IMG/VR virus record: IMGVR_UViG_3300048670_000236
Span: 1 to 42,956 of that record
Strand: one strand, 5' to 3'
Source: a virus
Taxonomy: Duplodnaviria; Caudoviricetes
DNA: 42,956 nt
Within the stretch, counting starts at the first letter, position 1, and each line of letters begins with the position of its first letter. A program made the position numbers and the translations under genes. Positions 25,546 through 33,600 of this stretch are shown here, one piece after another. The notes below the pieces were generated by a model, which saw only the letters and a list, made by a program, of their open reading frames with translations, did no database searches and had not been told where the DNA came from.

Positions 25546-27893
25546 TAGACACTCCTGTCGTTGTTGGTGTAGTCCACAACCAAGCGGGCCTTCGTGACCT
25601 GCAGTGGGTATGGGTCTTCAGATCGCAACTGGACCTGAATGTTTTCGTTGCGGCTGTGGATCGGCACACGGAAGGCACCGTCCCGCATTGCGGGGGCACC
25701 CAGCGGACTGCCGATGCTGAGACCGGAGAACTCGTAGTCTCGATCCTCCTGCCCTGTGCGGGACACAATGGCCTTGAGGTAGCCGGTGTCCTTCAGATAG
25801 AGCGTCATGGCCTTGCACACCGTGCGCCCGTCTTCCTGCGCCTGGCCTTGCTCGTCGCGCACGTAGAAGCGCGAGAACTCGTATAGGAACTCGAAGGGGA
25901 CGCCGAGGATACACGTGTCTTCCGAGTGGTCGCCGATGGCCCGCACCTGTGTGGTGGAGGACCGATAGGCGCTCTGGATGACTGTGCCGGCCCCAGAGGT
26001 GAACCCGGGGCCACGGATGACCGTGAAGGGGACTGTGGTGGGCCACTGCAGGGGCAGCGTCCACGTGGTCCAATCGTTGGCGGCGTCATACGATCCCGTC
26101 AGCTCGACCTTGTTGTCGAGGTGGACGTGGAACTCGTAGGTGCCGTCCGTGTAGTCAGCCTGGTTCTCAAGGTCGATGTAGCCGAGGCGATAGTCCGTCG
26201 TGCTGGTACCGAGGCGCACGATGTACATCTTGTTGTCCACCACGAAGAAGTCCACGATACCGAGGGACTCGTCATCGAACTCCCAGTAGGACCAAGATGC
26301 CTGCGCCCGCTTGTTGTCCTGCACGAGCCACCGGTAGACGTAGAGCCGGTTGGGCTGGAAGTCGGAGTGCATGTACAGGCTTGAGCTTCCCTGATGGTAG
26401 ACGATGCGGCGCATGTCATCCGGCAGGTAGTCAGGCACGTGCTCGGTCACATCGATGGCAAGCTCCTGCCCCGGGTTCTTGTCCGCGTCTGGGATCATCT
26501 CCCAGAGCCTCGACCACTCCTTGTTCCGCTGTGGGATGAAGAGCGTGGTCTTGGCGACCGTGGCGTTTGTTGGGCCGATGTAGCTGTCGTACTCGGACTT
26601 GGCCTTGAAGGCCGCGGTCTTCGGTGTCAGCAGGTCATCCCCGCTCACGTTGTCGAAGAACTGCACCTTGTCGGACAGAAGCACGAGACGCTCGGATACG
26701 GGGATGGCGCGCTTGAGCACGCTCACCCGCGTGTGCGAGGTGGCCACATCGATGGGATCGCTGTCGAGCAGATCGGTCACGGTGGTGGCGAAGAAGTTGA
26801 AGAACTCGCCGGCCTCACTGAGGAGGACGTTCTCGTCAGCCACGAAGCCCAGACGGTTGCGGTAGAAGAACACGTCGTTGATGGGCGTGCCGATGAAGGA
26901 CGGCTCGGGATTGCTCTCCGCGTCCCCCACGTTTCGCTCACCCCAATCAAGCTGCCTGAAGGTCAGCGAGGTGCCGTTGGAGTCGATGACCAGCGCATGG
27001 GGCATGGTGGCCTTGTCGATGGTCGTGGTCAGGTTGTGGGCATTGGACTCGCGCCACACGCCACTCTCGGTGTCGTTGTTGCTGTCGTACTTGACCCAGT
27101 AGTCATCGAAGTTGTTGCCGCTGTTGCCAATGACGTTGATCTTCACGCCGTCTTGGCCACGGGCTGGCAGGTACGAGAAGTCCTGCACCGTCTCCTTGAT
27201 GACCTTGATGTCGCTGTTGCCGCCGTTGATGCGGATCGAGAAGTCCACACCACCGAGGCGCTCGATGTAGATCACGTTGCTGCCAAGATCGCGGACGATC
27301 CAGTTGGCGTTGAGGCTGGTGTCCAGAGCGGCCACGAGCGCGTCTGTAAGCGTGGCAGCGTCACCCACGTTGTTCGATGCGCTGCGTGCTCGCTGCACAC
27401 CGTCGATAAACACTTCGTGCCAGGACGATGCCTGCACCGTCTTCAGATAAATCATCGCGCTGTAGTTGGGCCGGCCTGTGTTGGCCGAAGCCATCGCTGG
27501 CACCTTCTGCGTGTTCACGAGGAAGGTGTAGTCGGCGACAGTCAGGAAGCGCATCGCGTCATGGGCGTGGCCGGTGAACGTCAGGTAGCTCGTGCCGACC
27601 GCATTGTTGATCGTGGCCGGTGCACCAGTGTTCAGGTTCCACGCACGGATCGCGCCGCTCGTGACCGCCACAAGGAAGCGGCGGTCTGGATCGCGGTCGA
27701 TCAGGTGGAACACGGCACCCGCCGCTGCACCAGACAGACCCACGAGGTGGGACAGCCCGGGCCGCTTGCGGAGACCCTTGACTACATCGGAGGACGCATT
27801 GACCTGCTCTTCCCCCTGCGATGCGAGGCGCAGATTGAAGGGCTGTCGCGACACGCCGTTGAGAAGATTGGGAAGGTCAATGGCCTGCAGCAT
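25545..27893 (-). CDS. Tail tubular protein B / nozzle (gp12-like)
   Basis: NLLNGVSRQP, GLRKRPG, TVADYTF, FFYRNRLGF, QASWS. Confidence 0.95.
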   Translation of the reverse strand: MLQAIDLPNLLNGVSRQPFNLRLASQGEEQVNASSDVVKGLRKRPGLSHLVGLSGAAAGAVFHLIDRDPDRRFLVAVTSGAIRAWNLNTGAPATINNAVGTSYLTFTGHAHDAMRFLTVADYTFLVNTQKVPAMASANTGRPNYSAMIYLKTVQASSWHEVFIDGVQRARSASNNVGDAATLTDALVAALDTSLNANWIVRDLGSNVIYIERLGGVDFSIRINGGNSDIKVIKETVQDFSYLPARGQDGVKINVIGNSGNNFDDYWVKYDSNNDTESGVWRESNAHNLTTTIDKATMPHALVIDSNGTSLTFRQLDWGERNVGDAESNPEPSFIGTPINDVFFYRNRLGFVADENVLLSEAGEFFNFFATTVTDLLDSDPIDVATSHTRVSVLKRAIPVSERLVLLSDKVQFFDNVSGDDLLTPKTAAFKAKSEYDSYIGPTNATVAKTTLFIPQRNKEWSRLWEMIPDADKNPGQELAIDVTEHVPDYLPDDMRRIVYHQGSSSLYMHSDFQPNRLYVYRWLVQDNKRAQASWSYWEFDDESLGIVDFFVVDNKMYIVRLGTSTTDYRLGYIDLENQADYTDGTYEFHVHLDNKVELTGSYDAANDWTTWTLPLQWPTTVPFTVIRGPGFTSGAGTVIQSAYRSSTTQVRAIGDHSEDTCILGVPFEFLYEFSRFYVRDEQGQAQEDGRTVCKAMTLYLKDTGYLKAIVSRTGQEDRDYEFSGLSIGSPLGAPAMRDGAFRVPIHSRNENIQVQLRSEDPYPLQVTKARLVVDYTNNDRSV

Positions 27894-28489
27894 TAGTTGC
27901 CTCCGTAGTTCCGGTAACGCCTGAGAATGTTGTAGGCGTGGTAGTTTGAATTGAGCACGTTCGCGTCTTCAGCCTCGGCATCGAGAGCCTCGAAGGCCTT
28001 CTCGGCATCGTCCTCGGACTTCGCGGAGAAGCGGTAGACGGTCTCGCTCCCCTGCACGTCTGCCTGAAACTGGCGAGCGGCGCGGAGGGCGATGTAGAGG
28101 CGGGCGGCGAACGGGAGATCAATGAAGTCGAGGGCCAGATGCAGATCGGCCTTCACGGACTTATTGATGGTGTAGGTGTGGTTCAGTCGGTCGTAGAGCT
28201 TCGTGCCACGCTGTACGTAGTTGTTGTCTTCGTACTTCGTGACATCGACCCAGAGCGTACCGGCGGGGAGAGTGATCTCGCCGTTCTCGTCAGGGGTCAG
28301 CGTGTACTCGATCTCGCGGTTGAACTGCTTGCCACGCGCGGTGACTTCGAGCAGTACCTGATCGAGCTTCTGCTTCGCCATCTCCACTTCGGAGATGGAC
28401 GTATCGACGCTGGCAACAGGCGCTTCTCCGATGCAGGAGAGCATGATGTTGATTGCGTCCAGCTCGGAAGTGAGGGTGGGAGTAGCCAT
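27893..28489 (-). CDS. Tail tubular protein A / adaptor (gp11-like)
   Basis: ELDAINIMLSCIGEAPV, RGTKLYD, RAARQF. Confidence 0.95.
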   Translation of the reverse strand: MATPTLTSELDAINIMLSCIGEAPVASVDTSISEVEMAKQKLDQVLLEVTARGKQFNREIEYTLTPDENGEITLPAGTLWVDVTKYEDNNYVQRGTKLYDRLNHTYTINKSVKADLHLALDFIDLPFAARLYIALRAARQFQADVQGSETVYRFSAKSEDDAEKAFEALDAEAEDANVLNSNYHAYNILRRYRNYGGN

Positions 28490-28507
28490 GTGTGTTCCTT
28501 AAACGCG

Positions 28508-28545
28508 AAAAAAGGGGGAGGACCAGGTTTCCCCGATCCTCCCCC
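28508..28545 (-). terminator. Tphi-like terminator after the capsid gene
   Basis: GGGGGAGGATCGGG-GAAA-CCTGGTCCTCCCCC followed by six T. Confidence 0.9.
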
Positions 28546-28555
28546 AATTCATTCA

Positions 28556-29350
28556 TTACGCAGTCTTGATCTGCACCGCAGCTTCAGGACGCAGGACGCC
28601 GTGGCCCGAAGCGTACTTCGCGACCATGAGCGTGCCCTGACGGCGGATGTCGTATTCCGACTCCATCGCGAGGTCCATGAGCTTGACGGTACCAACCGAC
28701 GACGGGTGGGCGCAGATCGCCACCGTGTTCGTCGCGTTGACTGCCTGTGCGGCAGCAGCGCCACCAGCGTCCACACCGGTGCCGGTGATGTTCGTGGTCG
28801 GCAGGTTCGGAGTCTTGACCAGCTTGAAGCCAGCCACCTCGTAGACCTTGCCAGACATGACGCCACCGTTCGCTCCGCCGGCAACGTCCTTGTTGACTGC
28901 CGAGGAAGCGTTGGCCAGTGCGTAGTACTGGGCGGGCTTGAGGAAACAGTAGCGATCCTCTTGCGGGACCCAGTTGTTGTCCAGCACCGCAGCGGCGTTG
29001 AACAGCTCGGTGATGAGGTCAGCAGCAACGTCAGCCGCGTTGGCGTTCGTGAGGACCGTACCACCGGGGTATCCGGCGTCACCGACGTTGGCGGATGCCA
29101 GAGCGGCCTGAACCATCGTCTGCAGAACGTGCTTGTCCCACTGGATGGCGAGGGCTTCGCCCATGCTCTTCGAGTAGATGCTGCGAACGTCATAGTGGTT
29201 CATGGCCTCGTCAATGTTCGCGATGAAGTGATGGGCGATCAGCAATCCATTGATGCTGATGACCTTCTCGTTCGCGTTCACTGCGTTGCCGAGGATTTCG
29301 GCACCCGGGGTATGGTAGCCAGCGGAGCTGCGACCAAGGACCGGGAATTG
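28556..29350 (-). CDS. Major capsid protein, exon 2
   Basis: Begins QFPVLGRS, ends GHGVLRPEAA...; joined to exon 1 gives 319 aa with the T7 gp10 motif GKSAQFPVLGR. Confidence 0.93.
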   Translation of the reverse strand, partial: QFPVLGRSSAGYHTPGAEILGNAVNANEKVISINGLLIAHHFIANIDEAMNHYDVRSIYSKSMGEALAIQWDKHVLQTMVQAALASANVGDAGYPGGTVLTNANAADVAADLITELFNAAAVLDNNWVPQEDRYCFLKPAQYYALANASSAVNKDVAGGANGGVMSGKVYEVAGFKLVKTPNLPTTNITGTGVDAGGAAAAQAVNATNTVAICAHPSSVGTVKLMDLAMESEYDIRRQGTLMVAKYASGHGVLRPEAAVQIKTA

Positions 29351-29958
29351 CTTTGTGTTTGGACGGGCGCTACCCCGTCGCGCTCACTGTTGCCAGTGAG
29401 AGCAGACTATCTCTTAATCAGGTGCGTGCCGCTGCACGTATTCGAGCGCAGCTTGTATGCGCTCGGGAGAATCTTTCAGCAGGCCAATCGCCGTGTTGCA
29501 CGAAGTACAGAGTAGACCTCTGAGCTTCTTCGTCTTGTGGCAGTGATCGGCGGCGAGGCGAGAGTACCGTGAGCTGTTGAGAGCAGTCTTGCAGATGGCA
29601 CAGGTGCCGTTCTGCAGGATGAACGCTTTCTCGTAGGCTTCTGGGGACCATCCGGTTTGACGCATGCGGCCCCGCTCAATTATGCAGGCCTTGCATTCCG
29701 TCTTGTATTTACCGGTCTCTTTGCGGAAGTAAAACTCCGACGCGGGCTTTTCAGTCCCGCATGTGCGGCACGCACGAGGCGATTGCTCGTGCATGGTAGT
29801 CCTATGCTAGTTTGATTTTGCGCGCTTCGGGGACGCTTGCCCCCTACTCCCTTGCGGGATAGTCGTTACACCTTCCTCCCTTGCGGTGAGGCTTGGCTCG
29901 GTATTGTCCCAGTGGGATGTTCACCGAATTCACGCAATTTTATAGTCAGCCCAATTTA
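29351..29958 (-). mobile_element. Group I self-splicing intron (608 nt, IA-like)
   Basis: P1 GUCAGCU|...GGCUGAC with U-G at the splice site; P3 UUGCGUG/CGCGCAA; R GUAACGACUA; S AAGAGAUAGUCU; P9 hairpins; terminal G at 29351; P10 AAUUG/CAAUU. Confidence 0.92.
29414..29794 (-). CDS. Intron-encoded homing endonuclease (endonuclease VII-like) in the P8 loop
   Basis: N-terminal CxxC...CxxC; QNGTCAIC, DHCH and RGLLCTSCN. Confidence 0.9.
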   Translation of the reverse strand: MHEQSPRACRTCGTEKPASEFYFRKETGKYKTECKACIIERGRMRQTGWSPEAYEKAFILQNGTCAICKTALNSSRYSRLAADHCHKTKKLRGLLCTSCNTAIGLLKDSPERIQAALEYVQRHAPD

Positions 29959-30123
29959 AGCTGACTTGCCCGACTCGATGGTGCGGACGAAGTGCTTGTC
30001 AACGGTTACCGCGTTGCGCTCGAAGGCGGCGAGAACTTCGCCAGAGAAGACCTTGAGGAACAGGGCATCGGTTCCGCCAGAGCCGTTGACTTGGCCAAGA
30101 CGGGTTGGGGTAGCTGCAGTCAT
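29959..30123 (-). CDS. Major capsid protein, exon 1 (55 codons)
   Basis: ALFLKVFSGEVLAAF...RTIESGKSA, the T7 gp10 N-terminus; AAGGA RBS. Confidence 0.93.
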
Positions 30124-30266
30124 GTGCAGGTATTCCTTGTGTTGTGAGAGGCAGTAGTGAGCCGTCTCCAACACTCACGACGCGCAAGATTGTCCGTGCA
30201 CGGATCGTCCTCAGACGAAGCGCAGCGGGTCATGGTGTTTGCGAGTGGTGGTAGTGAGGCTTGGGT

Positions 30267-30288
30267 GGGGAGAGCCTAAGCCCTCCCC
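30267..30288 (-). other. Hairpin in the capsid leader
   Basis: GGGGAGGGC-TTAG-GCTCTCCCC with no U-tract. Confidence 0.5.
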
Positions 30289-30294
30289 GAAAGA

Positions 30295-30654
30295 TTACAC
30301 GCGGTCGCGAACGATCAGCGTGATGACGCGGTCAGCACCCTGGTTCACAGGGGTGCCCGTGGTACCCGACCGGACCTTGAGGGCCATGATCGAGTCAGTC
30401 TTGTCAGCCGGAATCTGGATGTACCGCGATGCGCCAGCGGCGACCGTGTACTCAGAACCGCTGTCGTAGAGATCAGCGAAGTTGGTGCTGTCAGCAGAGG
30501 CCTGAAACGAAAGGCCAGCCGTAGTCCAAGCTGCGGGCATCACGATGCCGACGAGGGAGACGCCACGACCGAGACCGGCCACGCCCGAGAGGGACGCGCC
30601 GTTGGCGATGGTGACCTGAATGCGACGATAGCCGCGAGACTGAAGAACAGACAT
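30295..30654 (-). CDS. Putative virion accessory / decoration protein (119 aa)
   Basis: Beta-rich sequence between scaffold and capsid genes; AAGGA RBS. Confidence 0.6.
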   Translation of the reverse strand: MSVLQSRGYRRIQVTIANGASLSGVAGLGRGVSLVGIVMPAAWTTAGLSFQASADSTNFADLYDSGSEYTVAAGASRYIQIPADKTDSIMALKVRSGTTGTPVNQGADRVITLIVRDRV

Positions 30655-30664
30655 AGGGGTTTCC

Positions 30665-31450
30665 TTATCTGAGGTTGGATCGGCCAAGCTTGTCTTGGAC
30701 CGACTTTCTGAATGCTGGATCGCGTTGGTACTCAGGCTTGTTCATGTCAGCCGAGACCTGTTTCCAGTTGTCGTAAGCATCGCTCTTTGACTGAGTCTGC
30801 TTGCCTGACACCAGATTGGGTTCGCTGCCACGTGCAGCCGTGAAGTCGGACTTCAACGCTTTAACGGCAGTCACAGCGCGGTTGTAGTCGCCACTGTTCA
30901 CTGCTTCGTTGTATGCCTTGATCTCATCGGCAGAGAGATTGCTCTGTGCCCACGTTGTCATCTCGGCGTACTGCTCCTTGCCTCCGACAGTGCCGACGAT
31001 ATTGTCGGCGAACTGCTGGACCTGGAGCTGAATCCCTGCGATGTAGTTGTCCACCATCGACTTGGGAATGCCTGCCTTCTGAAGCGCCTCGTAGTCGCTC
31101 TCCTCAAGCTGGCCGGTCTCGTAGAACTTGTTCTGCAAGCTCTCCAAATTCAGGCCCGCGGAGTCGGCGGCTGCTTTCGCAGCGTCGGTCGCTTCATCCC
31201 CTTGCGGGGCATCTGCAGGTTTGGCGTCAGGCTTCTTGCCGCCCTGCTTCTTCTCCAGCTCACCGTAGGACTTCGCGAGTCCTTCGATGTTCGGCTCGCC
31301 CTTCTCGGCATTCCAGAACTTCTCGGGAAGCCACGCGGGCTTCTCGGTCTTGCTGGGCTGCTGTTCCGGGGCGGGTGCCGGTGCCGGTGTATTCGATGTC
31401 GGCGCGTCGGGGCCAGAAGCCCCTGAAGTGATTGTCACTCTCTCGACCAT
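30665..31450 (-). CDS. Capsid scaffolding protein (gp9-like)
   Basis: PAWLPEKF, LAKSYGELEKK, VGGKEQY, YQRDPAFR. Confidence 0.92.
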   Translation of the reverse strand: MVERVTITSGASGPDAPTSNTPAPAPAPEQQPSKTEKPAWLPEKFWNAEKGEPNIEGLAKSYGELEKKQGGKKPDAKPADAPQGDEATDAAKAAADSAGLNLESLQNKFYETGQLEESDYEALQKAGIPKSMVDNYIAGIQLQVQQFADNIVGTVGGKEQYAEMTTWAQSNLSADEIKAYNEAVNSGDYNRAVTAVKALKSDFTAARGSEPNLVSGKQTQSKSDAYDNWKQVSADMNKPEYQRDPAFRKSVQDKLGRSNLR

Positions 31451-31459
31451 GTGGGTCCC

Positions 31460-31648
31460 TTAGCTGAAGCGGATCGTGCCGCCGGTTTCCATGCGATAGG
31501 TTTTTCCGGGGACACAGAGGTCACGACTTCCGGGGTACAGCGGCATGTCTTCTTCGACAGCCGGCGTCACAGGGGTCGGTTCAACCGTATTCTCAGAAGT
31601 TGTCTCGGGGGCTGGTGCCTTACGAGGCTTCTTGTGGGGGTTGGACAT
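31460..31648 (-). CDS. Hypothetical protein (62 aa) between portal and scaffold
   Basis: ATG 31648; fills the gap. Confidence 0.5.
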   Translation of the reverse strand: MSNPHKKPRKAPAPETTSENTVEPTPVTPAVEEDMPLYPGSRDLCVPGKTYRMETGGTIRFS

Positions 31649-33224
31649 TTGAGGTTGCGCTTTCCATTGCGGTTTGAGCCACGCCCGGGATGGTCTTGCT
31701 GGCAAGTTCCTGCATCATTGCAGCCTGCTGCTGTGCCTGCTGCTGTGCCGCGAACTCTTCATCATCGATGACGAGCGAGTCGGCGTCCTGCAGGCCATGA
31801 CCGAGGGCGAGGCGTTTCATGAGGTCGTCTTTGCGGATACGCTGGACGAGCGATGGGTCAGCCGTTGCGATGCGTGTCACATCTTCAACGAAGGCCCGCA
31901 GCTTGTTCAGATCGTTGCCACGACCCAGAGCCTCGATACCGGTGATGATCACCGGCTTGGCTTGGTTGTCTTTCAGCTTCGGAATCTTGCCCTCGCTCAC
32001 CATGCGCTGGGAGAAGAGCTTGATCAGGCGAAGCTGGAACTCTTGGCTCAGCAGCGAGTAGACACCACCAAGGGCACCTTCCAGCTCTTGAGCCATGTAA
32101 CGAATCTCCTCGGCAGTCACACGCTCGGCGTCACGCTGAACGGCAGTGTTGAGGAGGAAGGCAAATTCCAGGCGCTGCTCGATCCGCGTAATGGATTCGA
32201 GCACGACCTTGAAGTCGGCGTATTTCTCGACCTGCAGGACATCAACGTCCTCGCGGTCACCTGACAAGACGGCACCGTTCTCGGCTTCTGCCAGAGTGCG
32301 GGGCTTCAGTGTTCCGTTGGGCTTCAGCAGGAAGATCACCTTGGCCATGATCGCTGCACCCTCAACGAGGGACTGCGTCAGGCCTTCGAGCGACTGTAGA
32401 TCGCCTTGGTACTCTTCAGCATAGGAGCGCCCATAGGACTCGCCCTCGATACGCACGAGACGCAGAGCGAACCACGGCAGTTCATCCTCGTTGGGATAAG
32501 AGCCGTCGCCCTCTTCGATGTGCACACCGTTGCGGAGTTCCTGTCGGACCATGAACCGCTCGCTGCCCTCGACACGATAGACGTGGGTGAAGACATCGAT
32601 GTCCTCGTCCTTCGTCTCGTTGTTGGGCTTGTCATCTGCGAGCTGAGCCTTGACCTTGACCGGCAATGCGTCCTTGGCCACCTTCTCGTGCACGATGATC
32701 TCGTAGACCCTGTCGCTGCCATCACGGCACACGACGTAGTTCGCGAGATTGAACACACGAGCGGACTTCTTCTTCGGCAGGTAGAGCAGCGTGTTGCCGC
32801 CTACCACCAACTGGCGGATGCCTTCGAAGAGGTGGGGCCGGAAGCGGGCAGCTTCGATCTCGGACTGAACGTCCTTCTCGATCTGAGCCAGTGCCTTCTC
32901 GATCTCGGTCATGACCTTGCGACCATCCTCGCCTGCTTCCTCCAGTGCCTTCTGCTTCGCCTTGCTGTCGGGCTGGTAGCGGAAGAACGGACTGTTGGGA
33001 GGCAGGAGAGTCAGATGCAGTTTGTTGGCGATGTTGTTCACACCGCGCGCACCGAGGTTCTGGAAGGGCACGACCAGCTTGGTGCTGGTGCCGAAGCCAT
33101 CAGGCGGAAAGAGCGAGGGAATGGTCAGCTTGGCCATGTCCCTTGCTCTGTCCAAGAAAGGTCGCCGATCTGCCGATAGTTTGTTGTAGCGTCCCGCGAT
33201 GGGACCCAGATCGGTTTTGCTCAT
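31620..33224 (-). CDS. Portal / head-tail connector (gp8-like)
   Basis: LTIPSLFP, GARGVNN, ERVTAEEIR, LGGVYS, TGIEALGRG. Confidence 0.97.
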   Translation of the reverse strand: MSKTDLGPIAGRYNKLSADRRPFLDRARDMAKLTIPSLFPPDGFGTSTKLVVPFQNLGARGVNNIANKLHLTLLPPNSPFFRYQPDSKAKQKALEEAGEDGRKVMTEIEKALAQIEKDVQSEIEAARFRPHLFEGIRQLVVGGNTLLYLPKKKSARVFNLANYVVCRDGSDRVYEIIVHEKVAKDALPVKVKAQLADDKPNNETKDEDIDVFTHVYRVEGSERFMVRQELRNGVHIEEGDGSYPNEDELPWFALRLVRIEGESYGRSYAEEYQGDLQSLEGLTQSLVEGAAIMAKVIFLLKPNGTLKPRTLAEAENGAVLSGDREDVDVLQVEKYADFKVVLESITRIEQRLEFAFLLNTAVQRDAERVTAEEIRYMAQELEGALGGVYSLLSQEFQLRLIKLFSQRMVSEGKIPKLKDNQAKPVIITGIEALGRGNDLNKLRAFVEDVTRIATADPSLVQRIRKDDLMKRLALGHGLQDADSLVIDDEEFAAQQQAQQQAAMMQELASKTIPGVAQTAMESATSNVQPPQEAS

Positions 33225-33227
33225 GGG

Positions 33228-33404
33228 TTAGGCCGGTGGGATCGCGAGGCCGACGTTCGGCGAGTCTGTGCGGAGGCTGTTGCGCCCGCGTGCAGCACGC
33301 AGCCTGGTCTTATCTCCGTCGTTTCCCTTGATCCGAAGCTCTGGCGGCTCCGGTGGCTTGGGAAGCGGCGTAGGGGCCGGCATCTTTGGTGAGGACATGC
33401 ACAT
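33228..33404 (-). CDS. Small virion protein (gp6.7/gp7.3-like)
   Basis: MC...SPKMP start and GRNSLR...GLAIP end, directly before portal. Confidence 0.7.
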   Translation of the reverse strand: MCMSSPKMPAPTPLPKPPEPPELRIKGNDGDKTRLRAARGRNSLRTDSPNVGLAIPPA

Positions 33405-33573
33405 CGGGGTTACCTTCTTGTGCGTTGAGGTGGGTGAGCAGCCTCTCAACGAGGCGGCGCTCTCCCGCCCTCATCCAGATTTCACGCTCTTCATGGCGTG
33501 GATCAGGGGGGCGGGCTGGGTACCGCTCATTCAGGAGCTGAATGAGATCGGCAGAAAAGGGTGGAATCTTCAA
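33310..33573 (-). CDS. gp6.5-like hypothetical protein
   Basis: LIQLLNERYP...EIWMRAGERRLVE; TTG start behind AGGA. Confidence 0.65.
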   Translation of the reverse strand: MKIPPFSADLIQLLNERYPARPPDPRHEEREIWMRAGERRLVERLLTHLNAQEGNPDVHVLTKDAGPYAASQATGAARASDQGKRRR

Positions 33574-33600
33574 AGCGGGTCCTAATATGGTCCACCCGCG

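Noticed and set aside
28546-28620. gp10B-style frameshift extension
   Set aside because: No slippery run seen; stop is followed directly by the terminator
28556-29281. 241-aa ORF as the whole capsid protein, or capsid as a pseudogene
   Set aside because: The N-terminus is at 29959-30123 and the intron explains the break exactly in frame
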